Source: Lepidodermella squamata
Lineage: Eukaryota; Animalia; Gastrotricha
DNA length: 64,000 bases
Assembly: GCA_047495785.1 (NCBI GenBank)
Contig: JBLDXI010000024.1
Location: forward strand, 3,286,001 to 3,350,000
Reading direction: 5' to 3'
The notes under the pieces were generated by a model. It saw only the letters and a program-made list of their open reading frames with translations, was not told the origin of the DNA and searched no databases. The translations under genes were made by a program, and so were the position numbers. Numbering within the stretch: the first letter of the stretch is position 1; each line of letters starts with the position of its first letter. Shown in pieces: positions 37,539 to 51,001 of this stretch.

Positions 37539-38204
37539 TCACTCGCCCTTGATTACAGCGGCAACTTTGCTGTTGCGAGCTGTAATAGCCAACTCTGCCG
37601 GAGTCTGGTCATCACTGTTCTTTGCTTCACGATCTCCGCCAGCAGCTAACAGAGCTGAAGCAATCTCGGGATGGCCGTAATCCGCGGCGTAGTGCAGAGC
37701 ATTCCAATCGTTGTTGTCCTTCGCGTTAACATCAGCCCCGGCCGCGATCAACTTGTCAACAATTTCACCATAACCATTCTTGACCGCAAAATGCAGAGCA
37801 GTCCTGCTGTTTTCGTTCTTGACGTTAACATCAGCCCCGTGCTCAATAAGCTGGGACACGACTTCGCTCCGGCCGCGGAAAGCTGCCCAATGCAGGGCAG
37901 TCTCTCCCTTATTTGTGCGGATGTTCACGTCAGCCTTAGCCGCCAGGAGTTGCTTGATAATTCCGAGGTAGTTGTAAACAATCGCATGGTGTAAAGCAGT
38001 TTTGTTGTCCTCGTCTACACTATTCACATCAGCCCCATTCGCCAAGAGATGGGCCACAACTTCGCCCTTGTTCTCGAGAACAGCTTGTTGTAACGCCGTG
38101 TATCCATCTTCATCCTTGCTGTTATTGACATCGGCTCCTCCGGCTATCAGAGCTTGCACCTTGGCGAGATCGCCACTCTTAGCTGCTGCTACAAGTTCTG
38201 CCAT
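37539..38204 (-). CDS. Intronless ankyrin-repeat protein (~6 repeats)
   Basis: Repeated TALH.A...G....V..L...GADVN motifs; first ATG at 38204. Confidence 0.92.
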   Translation of the reverse strand: MAELVAAAKSGDLAKVQALIAGGADVNNSKDEDGYTALQQAVLENKGEVVAHLLANGADVNSVDEDNKTALHHAIVYNYLGIIKQLLAAKADVNIRTNKGETALHWAAFRGRSEVVSQLIEHGADVNVKNENSRTALHFAVKNGYGEIVDKLIAAGADVNAKDNNDWNALHYAADYGHPEIASALLAAGGDREAKNSDDQTPAELAITARNSKVAAVIKGE

Positions 38205-39084
38205 TTTATTTCTCAAACTCTATTGTGACAGGAAAGATTATCGTGATATCAAGTTAAGGGACTCATTGGGCCTAATTATCTAAGCGATAAAAGGAAACGC
38301 ATTCTTGAATTGATATGAATGAGGGATTTGATATTATAACCTGGAAATGGGGTTAATTCAGCTATTAGCAACAGGCCCCAGGCATAAATTAAGCTGAGGC
38401 TTTTTACACTCATTGACGGCAACGTTGATAGCACAAATACAGAGGGTGACCAGTTTATGACGCAAACTCCACGCGTGAAAAGTTTTTTCTTGCCTGCGTT
38501 AACCTTTTGAAAAGTGGAAAGCGTTTAATCAAGCATCGCGTGCATAGTTTATTTCGGCTTACTCATTCACGGCAAAGCCGAGCTTTAGGGGTCAGAGGCT
38601 TTATGTGAGCTTGAATGAAAAGCCGGTGTTGGAAGATAATCACGAGTTACCCGCTGGTTCTTGGTCAAATGAAAACGAAATTATTCACGCGAATGAGTCT
38701 ACAGAGTCCGCAAATGGAGTAGCTAGTAGCAACTAGCATCTCCAAACTGTCGATTTAGCAAAGAAATTTCGCCTAACAATGCGACTCATTCCAAATCTTT
38801 TTGGAAAGCTGATTGGAAAGGTCAAACAAAGAACCGTGAACGAATTAAAATCTATGTTTTTTTTGGTATTTTATGTTTGGAAATGTTTTCTCTCGTGAGG
38901 GCTTTTTATTGTTACATTTCAATGTGCTTACAATCTATTCGGTCAAAGATTGAAAGGAGACATTTAAAATTATCACATATGAATTCAAACTTGTTTATAT
39001 ATTTCCCCGTTGTTCAAAGTATGAAAACAATTTAGCTTTCATTTGAAGTATCAAGCACCATTGCCTTCATCTACGCTGGGCGGC

Positions 39085-40266
39085 TCATATGCAAAACTGT
39101 TTTCCGTCCATTTCCATATTCTGTTAAAAGTTAAGATATTATGTAATCATCGATTCTTTTTGAGATAAACTCACGTAGACGGCATAACCGTCATAATCAT
39201 GATCTTGGTATTCGACCGTAAAGATGTAAGGATCACTGTCTCCACAGGTCAAGAATGCTGCGACGCGCCTAAACATTCCATTTTAAGATCATTGAAATTC
39301 ACAAAGTAGAAACTCTAACGTGTTGGCTCCGTAGGGGTTGTAGAGAGTCGAAACAAGAGCGAGTCGTGGCTGCGGGTTACTTGGGCTGCTTCGCATCTCG
39401 AATATTGTCGTGTTAGGAGTTGCCAACAACTCGGAATCATACCTGCTTCGCACACAAACGCTGCCTTGCATGTAGCAAGGCTTAATATCCGGTTTGTTGG
39501 TCAACAAATTGCAAAAAATGAAATCGAATTTTGCTATGGTAATAAGTGGGGATCCAGCTGTGTAATTGTTCAAAGGTGTTAGATCCAATACTCCGCTACC
39601 ATCAGCCAGATCACATTTACAAGTTCCAGCAATTGCGCCTGGTTTGCACGCACTTTTGTAAGGGTTCGGAATCGGGCAAACATACTTGCTAATGACTTCG
39701 GAGTACTTCGAAAAGTTTTGGCGTCAGAGTAATTGATTGAAATAGGAAAGTCTTACGTAGAGCTGGTACCCGTCATAATCGATCTCTCCCTTATAGCTTT
39801 CCGGCCGCAGAATAGGGCTAGACGCCTGAGGGTCACATGTGAGGAAAGCCACCGATCGCTTGGGGGTACTATCGAAAGGATTATCGGAGACCATAGCAAG
39901 TGTCGGTGTTTTACGAGTGGACGACGTTCGAAGTTCGAGGCGGGTTGTGTTGGGATAGGCGATCGACTTGCTGTAATTGGTAGCTTCTTGGCAAACACTT
40001 GTGTTTTGGCCGCAGGGATGTGATGGAGATGGCAGAGGTTGGCAAAAATTCATTTTATAGGTCCATTTACCATCGGGATCTGTACCACTTACTGACCCAA
40101 TGTTGGTGAAGTTGATAAAACCGGAACCATCGGCTAAATGGCAGTAGCAGAAGCCGTGGGCCCATTCATCGGCTACGCAGCCACTCGGATAGAAGCCCTC
40201 AGAAGCTGCCGAAAGGCCGATTGAGGCTGATATTCCCACTAATATCAAGATCTTGTAGGTGCTCAT
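39085..40266 (-). CDS. Secreted protein with two tandem MRH (mannose-6-phosphate receptor homology)-like domains
   Basis: Signal peptide plus two repeats of C.C.LADGSG..(D/N)..., (Y/F).(M/F).FC, SVC, AFLTC, DYDGY..Y. Four exons ending NMEMDGKQFCI*. No TM segment. Confidence 0.65.
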
Positions 40267-42358
40267 TTTTGCTCTACAACAGAATGTAAATGCTTACCCA
40301 GAAACTTGTTCTTCTATAAAATTCCTCGAAAATGACAGTTGTATTATGTGGTTTTTGGCTGGGAGACAGGTATTTAAATACCAAGCAGCTTTTTAAAGCC
40401 TTCTGATATGGGATAGGGGGCAAAATTAACTATCATGATCAATTACGATTAGAATTTATATTCAATATAACCTACTTATTTCCTACTTGTCCGTATATCT
40501 TATCGCGGCAAATGTTTCACGACGCACTATTTGAGGCCCGCCCAAGTTTCGCAATTTCGCGAGTGACAATGAACCGGAATTGCTCGTGAAAACAAAATTT
40601 AATCATTCATTATTCATCGTATTAATTCTGGGTTATGAGGTATTAGGTTACAGGTGCCAAAAAGGGGTAATTTCGTATCCTTTTAGACTATTTCGAACAT
40701 TGTTACTATTAAATTTTGATTAGGCCTCAAGTTCAAATAAATATGAATAACATAATTTTGCATCCAGATAACAAAACCCAAATGCATTTTGAGAGAATAG
40801 AACCGTTGATACTGAATTTCGCCTATACTGCTGCGAATAAGACGATAGGTTTACAATATGATATGATACTGTTCGATGAATTATGATGACATTTAATAAA
40901 CATGCATTCCCCACGGAATTGTGCTGATTTAAATTTTTCGAAAAACAATCACCAATTTTCTCGACTAACTATACTCGATGATGAGCTCCTTCATTTTACC
41001 TCTTTCCGCGGCGAAAAATCCTGGAAAAGCTTGAAACTTCAAAATGCACGCCTGCTGTAAGGAATTAGAATGGACCATTCTTCGCAGAATGACCCGTTTT
41101 TCCGTGCACTCGTATTTCATTTATATCTAGAATTTTCGTATTTCGTATCCATCACCACTCAGCTGCGATTTTCCAAAGAATGTTAAGCTTTTGTTTACTT
41201 TTCGAATGATGATTTTCCTCACCAGCGATAACAGAACGGTTATCATACCCTCAAACAGGGAAAATTATAAAATATTTCTGCGAGGTAATGCGAGTTCGCC
41301 AAGGTAGGACGACACACTCAATACTCGCTTTCCCTTCTGCCTCCTGCCCACAGAACTTTACGTGCTTTTGCTACTCTGTTGGAGGTTGGAAATACGGATC
41401 TGTCACTTGGTAACCAACAAGACGAATGTAACGGGCTGCATTAGATAAATTGCAGCTGCGAAAGCCGCGGTCGTAGTCATCATTGACTTGTATTTTCAAA
41501 ATTTCGTCGAAGACAGGAAAGGATGAATAAATGATTAACTCTGCCAATCGATAATCGATAATCATTTTTTGCTACTTCTGCTGTGAAATGAAATTCGTTC
41601 ACACCAGAAAGACAGATTTTCCTCCTTAAGAATGTTGAGTATTTCAAAGCATTCCGTAGTTTTTACCTGAAACTAAGAGAATCATCACTCGTAAAAGTTT
41701 GGAAACTCAACCGAAATTGTAGCATTACATTACCCTTTTCAGAGTAACCTAATATCCAGAAGATTTAGAGGATGCAGATGCGTGGTATAAGGCATTATTT
41801 CAACGTTATTCAGTTGATCACAGGGCAACGAAAATTGCTTGAATCCTATGCCCTTATCATTTATTCTTGAAGCGCGAAAATCGAGGTCCCTTTCAAGGTT
41901 AGGTCGATACGTGTAAAGTGCGCATAGAAAATACAATGATGGCAGCTGATTTGACCGCGGGGCATGTGCATAAATAATGGCTAATATGGCTGATTTTTAG
42001 GCTGCTGCCATGGCGCTAAAATAGAGGAGCGCTTAAAAGGCTAGCAGAGGAACTTGAGTTTTGATCCTGCAGCGCCGTACCATAATGAAAGACAAATTTG
42101 AATGGCATGCGGCATGGTCTGCGTTTAATCATAAATCGTTCAATATTACGCCGTTCAAGGTCACGCACCACCCGAGCGTGACTTTTGCCGTTTGATCGAA
42201 TGGTAGTCGCTTTGTCTCAGAAATTCGTAGGTGTCAGACACATAAGGAGTCTTTAAATATTAACAAGTCTATTTAGGGATTATATTAATTGTTAAAGACG
42301 CTATTTTACGCTGACATTTTTTGCATAGCACGCAGTCACACTACATAATTTTGAACCA

Positions 42359-44913
42359 ATGAAAACGACAATGACAATTCAAATTCTTCTCGCGTTTCTT
42401 CTAGGATCAGCTATTGCGCGAGGAAGCGCGAGCTCGGATTGGGTATCTAGACCTGAATTCGCAAACTCATTACCCGCATATCTCGACCCGCTCTACGAAA
42501 TCACTACACAAACATCGGGCGAATGCTTCGTGTATTGCCAGATGAGAAACTGTGACAGTGTCGCATACAGCGCCGCATACAAGTCATGCAAACTATACAG
42601 GCACCCTGCTAATGTAACGACCCCGCTGCCGCCACTAAGACGTGACAACGACTACCAGCATCAAATGTATTATGATCGCACATTCTGTCCACCTGGCTGG
42701 GTTACAGATCCTAGCAGTAAAATGTGTTACTATATGAACGGGTTTAACACGGCAGTCAATCGTAACGCTGCGTGGAAGGTCTGTGAAGAACTGCACCAGT
42801 CCAACTTGGTTACCTTCGAATCAGCCGCGCAAAGATACTTTCTATACTCGGTAATATCATCATCTCTAAATTTATGTATATTTCATGATTCCACTTTACA
42901 GGTACTGAGTAACAGTTATAATACTATCTCGAAGTGGTGGACTGGCTATGCGTTGTTCGACTCGAACCTATGGCCTCGTCTTGTTGAGGAGATCCCGGGT
43001 TACGTTAAGCGAAGAGGTGACTGCCCTAATAACGATGTGAACTCATGGGTTATAGCCACTCCTACCGAATGCGCTAGTCTGTGCAACAAGCTCTACGGTA
43101 GTCGATGTGTAGCATTTGTATACAGCAAGCTTGCACAGAAATGTTACCCTAAATATCGCTCATGCGAAAATCCGGGTTCAGATCTCACCAATGAATTATG
43201 GACCTACGAGAAAGTCCACGCAGATCGACCTCCTTCTGCCCTTACAACGAACTCAGGATGCAATGGCGGTGATATTAAGATGATTCCTGGCCTAACTCAG
43301 AAGCAATGTGATGACGCATGTCGCCGAACCCTCGGATGTGTCGCTTACCTCTTGCAGGGCGGAACTTCTTGCTGGATGAAGTACAAATCTTGTCTCGACG
43401 TAAGTCGATACACTGGTTATAGCCCTTCTGCCGTTTATTACGAATTCCAAGACAACAATCCTGGGCCTTGCCCATACGGAATAAGATATAGAGACGTCTG
43501 CCTGGCTGTGCACAAGTCTACTGTTTATTTTTCGGATGCTATGACCAATTGCCGCAAAATGGGTGGCAAGTTAATGACGCCAAGTGGTGTCATTAAGCAA
43601 GCAATGGTTTTTCAAATGCTAAATAAAATAAACAAGCAGCATGCTTGGATTGATTACTATGACGATGGACACGAAGGCTACTGGACTACAACGGATATGA
43701 GCCTCAACTTGTCAGATGCTTTCTATGACAAATGGCGCTGGAAATCCCCGTGAGTGTTGGAGTTTTTTCTTATTTAGCTTCCAATTCTTGATATTTGGAT
43801 AGGGAGCCCGATGGTGGTACAGCAGAAAACTTCGCCGTTCAGCATTTATCGAATGTAGTGACGGAGAATGGATTGAGCCTTTACGGAATGATTGATGGTC
43901 CGCCTGCATTCTCTCTAATTTACTCACTCTGCGAAACACGTAAGACTTATTTCCGATCATAACTTTATTCAATACCCATATATTTTCAGCGATCTCAATG
44001 TCTTGGCCCGAGCGATGCCGCTTCACACCTGGAGGTCAAGAATATTACGGACCTGTAGCTCAGACTGTGAGTGGGGTACCATGTCGAACCTGGGACAATG
44101 CTAGCAACCCGTATCGCGCGTATTGGCAAAGATACCCCGACTGGTACGTGTCGCATTCTTATTGCAGAAACCCAGATCCTTCGATATTCAACTCGAGTGT
44201 CTGGTGTTATCGAAGCGACAATGGCCAACCAGAGGCTTGTAGCGTGCCGATGTGCCGTGAGTTTTAGTAACACCGAGCGCACATTAGATAACTGTCAGCA
44301 TTCATAACAGCGGAGTCTGATTGGGCGAACGACCAGATCTTCGGCAGCGTAAATTTCCCTCACGCTGCGATAACCAAATCTGCGACAGCTCCCGATGGGT
44401 ACGATTGGACCACTGAACCTCTGAATGGAGTTGCGAACCCCATTTGCGCCATGAAAACTGACGATTGGTGTCCGTATTACTTCAAGGGAAGTTGCTACAA
44501 AGTCTACAACGTATTTGCTACTTTTGACGAAGCCAGTGCTATTTGCAAGAAAAATGGGTGGCATCTTGCATCGATTGCTAACCAGGACGAGCAAATGTTT
44601 GTTCAAGGGATTACCATGACTGCAGGAAGTAAGCTTTCTTGCTATTACACCGGAAAGTTTGTATCAATTGCTTTGTGTAGGCAATTACTTTACAACAAAG
44701 CTCATGTGGATTGGTCTCCGTGTGTTTAACAACGTTGCTGCTTCAACCTGGGAAAGTGGTGAACCCACAACTGCAACATTTTGGCAGCCGCCAACAGAAC
44801 CCAACAACGGCAATTCTTGCACACTTCTTGGCACGTTCTACCTTGGTACTTGGGTAGACGCCGGTTGCAGCGATAAAAACTATTTCATTTGTGAGATTGA
44901 TATTGGAAAATGA
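42359..44913 (+). CDS. Secreted modular lectin: PAN, CTLD (split), 2xPAN, CTLD, kringle, CTLD
   Basis: Signal peptide; PAN-type C..C..C motifs; CPPGW..CY, WID..EG.W, EPD and EPN motifs; kringle YCRNPD..WCY; short introns. Confidence 0.85.
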
Positions 44914-45540
44914 GGCAAATTCGAACACGGCAGAGACTTTCATTGATTGCAGCTACAAACAACATAGATTAGCACGACAAAGACCAAATAAGACCGATTT
45001 AACATGTTTTTCAGAATAAATCTGTTAAATTTTATAGGTTCATGAACCTTGAAACTTTTTGAATCTCTTCACATGGTGAAGATCATTGACAGGAAACGCT
45101 TGAGCTGATCGTCGAACAAGTTACACCTTATCACTTATCAGGGCGATTTTAGAAGATCTCCCCACGGTCGCCGTTCCTGTTTTGATGATGAATGAATGAT
45201 ACGGAAATGTTGGATTGTTCATTGTATAATTTCCCAATAGCCCGGCCTTCCGTCCTAGACAGTCATATATGCTTCTTCTATTGAATCTATACATATAAAT
45301 AGAAAAACAATATTCAACATTTCTGTAAGACTCAGACAGGAAACAGAATGTGTCTCGGCAGTCGGATGCACTCTTGTTGATCTGAAATTGTTTTTTTCCG
45401 CTGCGTTAAAATGTTTCCTGTTCTGTGAAAAGCTAGCTCAATCCTTTCTTTCGAAACATATAACCAACGTGTACCTGTACCGCAAATGTCCTAGGTGCCC
45501 CATAATAGTATTACCATTTTCCTTGTTAAACATCGAACAA

Positions 45541-48016
45541 CTATGTCTTAATGAAACATGGGTAGGCCGAAATGAAGCTTGTGGTTTCAGCCAGAATGAT
45601 TAGTCCGAAAGAATAAATGCTTGTGTGCAGGGTCGTCTGATTCTCATCGACAACGGCTAATAGGAACATGATGCAGTAGAAAATTATTGTTGCATTCGTA
45701 ACAGCGAGCCGTGTGCATACGACCTCCATTTTAAGCTCCTTGCCAAACGGAATCGATCTCAAAGCGTAGCCGAGAAACGAGCCCGCCGCTAGAATGAGCG
45801 CATTTAAGCAGGAAAATGTAGCTAGGTATGCGAAATTAGCATCAGATTGGCAGGACAAAGTAATGGTATCAGAATATGAGTCCAACTCAATATTGAAAGC
45901 AATAGGAGTGTAAATGAGTCTCACAACGCATTCAGAGCTCCCCAGCCAAATGATAAAAGTCAAAATCGTTGCTGTCATCGGTATCAAGAATCCTGACAGC
46001 AATAGCCTGGGGTTGAAATTGAACGTAATTTCTGCGAGACTTGAAGCAGATTCACTGTTCGTCGATGTTGTTCGATGTAAGGAGAACATACTACCAGATC
46101 GTTCAGGCTTATTCCACTCGTAACTTTTCCTTACATTCACAGAAGAATTTCGAGCAATAGCGGGTTGATATGAGGCCGACATAGAAGCTGGTTTGAGATT
46201 GCTATTTGCCACCGACAATCGAGCAGGGCAAGCCAGTCGCATCTTGCAAGCTGCTCGATGAATCATCAAGAGTTTCCCAAACAAGCTACTGGCAATAGCT
46301 GTTAAACCGAAAACTGCTAACGTCATTTTAGCCAAGCATACGGGAACAGTAGCATAGTCTTCTTTAAAACTGAAGATCCAGTTGAAAAATGCGGAAAGCT
46401 GAATGATCAAAGAGCCGATTAACACTCCGTAGGTGGGTAAACGAATAAGACAATTGATATTCGAATGTTTTGCTAGAAGCAGTAACGGTATGATAATAGA
46501 AACTGTACAGCTAATCCAAAGCGCCAATCCAGTGTAAAACATTTCCTCTGGATACCGGTAATAGAAATGAAGGACGCGTGACAAATCTTTCGGAACTTCA
46601 CCTGATTCAGTGAACCAAATCGGTTTTTGAATTGTCTTCATGTGATAATCAGATAAGTTGCGCTTAGAAATAGGTGTATCACTGTCTATATCAGGCTCAA
46701 TTTTGTAAATCAGCCTAGGAACGCCATTGATGGCCTGCATTGTCCAAGTTGGTTCGTAGTCCATTTCTAATCGCTTCGAGTACTTCATCATTCCAATTCT
46801 GAGACCTCGTAATGAAGTTTCAGCCGCACTTTTGTTTACAACTTGCATCACCAACTCTGGATCAGTTTTGAAGTCTAAGAGACTTTTGTTGTAGACATCT
46901 CGCAAAATTCTGTCACTTTTATCCAGAGACATCAGAGCCTGGAGGGCCGAGTCGTGGCAAGCGTGACGTATCGCATAGTCTGGTGGCCTCACACCGTTCA
47001 ACAAAGTGTTCAAGCGAGCATCGAACTGAAGCATGTCATACCCAAGAGACGAATTTCCAGTGTATTCGACAGCGCTAAGAAACACCCCGACCCATAGCGT
47101 GTGTTTGAATTGTTCGATGATTTTCTCGCGTGAACAACCAGGTATGTTGAAAAAGTTGACAATATCCGGGGAAAAGTAAGCGAAAGACGTTATTTGGAAT
47201 AAATATCGCGGCGCCCGAATGCCAGCATCATACGCCAAGCACAGAAATTTGGCGACAATTTGAATGTTCGATGTTCCTATGGCAATAGATCGAGCTCTAC
47301 TGTCTTTGAAAGCTTGTACCACTGAACTATCAACGTCGAGCTCTGAGGTGAAAATTGCGAATTTGATGCCGTTTTCTACTGTGAATTTGTAAACTTTCTT
47401 ATTGCTGGGGTATTCCTGAAAGTCATTGTTGTGGAATATGTTGATTTCATTATATTGAGCTTACATTTGAATTTCCTGCCCATGTCAACATTCCCACCTC
47501 CTCATGACCGGCGATGAATTTTGTGAAGAAGGTTCCAGTAACCGCAGTCTCTTCAGCCGGTAGCATTGTGCGATACAGATTAGGGAAAGTTCTCCTATTA
47601 GCTGAAAATACTGCCCCCGTGCAACCATAGGTAAATTGAACCATTTTGAAAAATGCAGATAAATAAGATGAATATTGGCAGAAGCTGAATGATCCGACAA
47701 AGGCTGGGGCAATATTTACACCAGGTTCATTCGCCATTTTAACAAAATCCAGTATCGTCTGCGGAACGAGGATTGCGTTCTGACCCTCCTCCTTGAAAAC
47801 AGGATCGATTTGGTAGTGGGGCAGAATGTCAGGATGATTGTTGACCGTTTCAAACGCTATTTGCATCGCCCCAGTACAAGCGCGACCGTCCATGGCGAGC
47901 CTCGACGGCGTTATTGCTAATAACATCAACTTGTTGGTCTTTGCAAGGGAAAGCGATAGCAGCGCAGCTAGGCACACGAGACGCGAAAAATTCATAATAT
48001 TCAAAATTGTTCGCAT
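45541..48016 (-). CDS. Class C GPCR, GABA-B-like (Venus flytrap + 7TM), divergent
   Basis: Signal peptide, AMQIAFETVNNHPDILPHY, FPNLYRT, no Cys-rich domain, 7 hydrophobic helices with TM3 C..(SSLFGK) and an ECL2 Cys. One intron near 47417-47464. Confidence 0.8.
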
Positions 48017-48856
48017 TTTTGAATTAACCTGTTTTGATCCCTGAGTCTAGGACTTTTCGCGATTCTGAGTGGCGGATGGGAAAATCGCGTGACTCGATAG
48101 AAAGTGTTTCCGCGAAAAGTTCGATTCACAGAGTGTGACAATTTTTCCGCCGGTATATGTATAACATAATAAAGCTGCAAAATATTCAAGCTATTCTTCA
48201 ACCCTCTCGCGGGAAGCGCAGTCGTAAAAAAATAGTTTCTGGCTACATCTAAATTTGACACTGGATAGATCGTATGAATTCAAACCCACGTGGATCGAAT
48301 GTAATAATAGCGCACCAGAAACAAATAACCGTAATTGCGATAATAAAACATACACTTTTTACCACATGAAATCCTCTCAGTTGGGCCCTATGAGTATCCT
48401 AATGCCCTGATTTTCAATGTCGATCTGAATTCATGCCAAAAATCACCCTAAACCATCTCTAGGCTTGAAACAGTATTGGAATTCCAGGGCAAATTTCACT
48501 TGACTGGTGGATTCAGCCTGAAAGATTACTCTACGCTACGTACTCTATTCGTAAGGCGGAGTCAAGGCGGATGAAAAACAAATGAATTACTACCGCGTCA
48601 AAATCATATTTCAGAACAACTGAGAAGTAGTAAAAAAGAACAAAAGGTCATATCTTATCGCAGGCTGGATTATTTTTCATCATTCAATCAGGGACTGAAT
48701 GCTGCCACAGCTCATTATTACTTTGGAATGAGTTCGAAGATCATTTTTAGTTAGAAAAATATTGGGCTATTATTCAAGTTGCAGGCCTTAGTAATGAGTC
48801 TCTCTTATAAAGCTTTATTCATATGTCTGGAATAATTCAACTCGAATGGGAAAGTT

Positions 48857-49628
48857 TCAAGCCAAGGGTGCGCCTTTTGATTTCAACCATGCCACAACAT
48901 TTATCTGATTATTCCGCCGAGCCAGACTCAAAGCAGTTGCGCCCTGTTTATCTCGAACGTCAAGCTTCGCCCTTGAACTCTCGACCAAAAGCTGAACGAT
49001 TTTCAGGTAGCCAGATGCGGCAGCCCACATGACGGGAGTTCTTCCGTACGTTGCATCTGCCAATTCTACGACTTTTCCGGCGGCGTGATCTCGAATAAGC
49101 AATTCGACTATCCCATAGTGGCCGTAGTAACACGCCCAAGCGAGAGCTGTCATACCTTGAAAACAATGTCTAAACTAAATCTCCATGGTGATTTAATTTC
49201 AGCATACCTTTTCCAAGCGAGACGGGCCCTACAACTGGCGAATCATCCGAGGCGTTAACGTCGATACAAGGCTTCTTGTTTTTTCCACTTTCGTCAAGAA
49301 CTGGAGCGCTGTCTCGAAGCAGCTCACGGACCCGGTAGAATGCTCCTCTTCTACATGCATCGAAGAATTCCTGTTAAATTGCTGGTGTTATCGCGGAATT
49401 TCATTATCATGCAAATAGGCTTACCACTTGTTTGAGCTTATCTATCTGAAGTTTAACTTTGGGCGGGATTGGAACAGCTCCCCACCAGCCTGAATTTGGC
49501 TTCTTGTTGACGTCGACAGTTCCGTCCCCAGCTTGGGTGCCTTTTTCGTTACCTGTCGACCTGCTGATATCATCCTCACGCTGAACAGTGACGTTTTCTT
49601 TTGGCTGAGCCCACTTTGGCAAGATCAT
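48857..49628 (-). CDS. Short ankyrin-repeat protein (3 exons; 5' end uncertain)
   Basis: EFFDACRRG, GMTALAWACYYGH, GRTPVMWAAASG, GATALSLA. Confidence 0.8.
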
Positions 49629-50558
49629 TCCTTAAAAGCCAGATTTAGAGCTATAACTGCACTCAAGTCAAAATCGCCTGCGTGAAAAGAGCGCGGTAAA
49701 TGTTTTAGAGCGTTTAGAGGCGACTGAAAGGCACATCGTAGCAACCAAATACCTCTGATTGTTATTTATTGCCGCATTTAGCGCACAAACTGCTGTCAAA
49801 TCTTTAATTGAATCAAAAGCTGAATCATTGCTTGCGGAGTAGCGAGGCGTGGGTGTATTCGTTTTATCCGAGATTTTGTGCTAGATTTGAAGTACTAGAA
49901 AAGGCGAGAAATATCCTGTATTTGTTGTGTTACCAGTTTTGAGTTTTGAAGCTCCATTATTGCTGATTGCTGAAGAGACTAAGACTAAAATTAAATATAT
50001 ATCCCATAGAGTCATTAGATCGATTACAGTATTCATAATTCTCCAGACTTCAATACTTCCCACTTCCAACTTTTGCATTGCTAACAGTTAACAAAGCCAT
50101 CAATTTAGACATGAGCATGTCACTCATGTAATATATTGGAAAATGTATTACATGAATTTTCGCCAGAAGCCCTGGGCGGCCGCTAGCTGCAACATTTCCA
50201 TGGCTACATGCCTATATGCGATAATACTGCTTCCATAATATTCAAGCTTTCAAGCTTATATCTAATTTCATAGCATAATATCCATTGATTCGCCGGTAAA
50301 ATCCACGCCAGGTTAATACGACCCATGGTTTATCCTTATTCTGGCACATTATCGCATTACATTTTTATTAACCTTTTTGAACTTGCAAATAATTGTTGAG
50401 TAAATTGTTGAGCTTCCATATAAAATTACGCTGCGACCTCATATGGGCTGACATTACCCTTATTATACATTTCAGCCACTAAATTAGTTCGTGCTGAATA
50501 ACCCTTTTTCACTTTTCACCTGAGTTTTTCCGTAAAAGAGACATTTGGAATAAGGAAA

Positions 50559-50825
50559 ATGCTTGCCTTCGTTTCTCACAATTGCTCATCGGTGGTATTT
50601 TTGATGTGGTTTGGCATGATAATACTCACCCTCTTGCCCTCGCTTACAACCGCCTGCTTGCAAGGTGACTACGCTGCCGAGGTGGATGATTTGCCACACT
50701 GTTCATCGAGCGAGTGTTCCGACTTCCACGCTTGCCAAGTCTACGGGCACAAGCAGAAGTGTAAGCGAGTCAAGAACAAAAAATGCAAATGCCTCCTCAG
50801 ACGAGATCTTCCTTTCGCGATCTAG
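50559..50825 (+). CDS. Small secreted 6-Cys defensin/toxin-like peptide
   Basis: Hydrophobic leader, acidic spacer, then C-x4-C-x5-C-x8-C-x7-C-x-C with a Lys-rich C-half and RR before a short tail. Confidence 0.65.
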   Translation: MLAFVSHNCSSVVFLMWFGMIILTLLPSLTTACLQGDYAAEVDDLPHCSSSECSDFHACQVYGHKQKCKRVKNKKCKCLLRRDLPFAI

Positions 50826-51001
50826 TCCGCCGCACACTGGCAATGACGTTATTCAATTTGCTTTTATCAATTTGCTATATAAGTATATGCTGTGAATACC
50901 GCATTGTGAGATAAAATTATCGCAATTGTTATCTCTGACAGCGCTTTGAGTGAGTATAGAAATAAAATCTCGCTTGTTTCTTCCGGGTGCTCAATGAAAT
51001 A

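Noticed and set aside
40400-42300. Short ORFs in the intergenic region
   Set aside because: No recognisable motifs or consistent exon chain.
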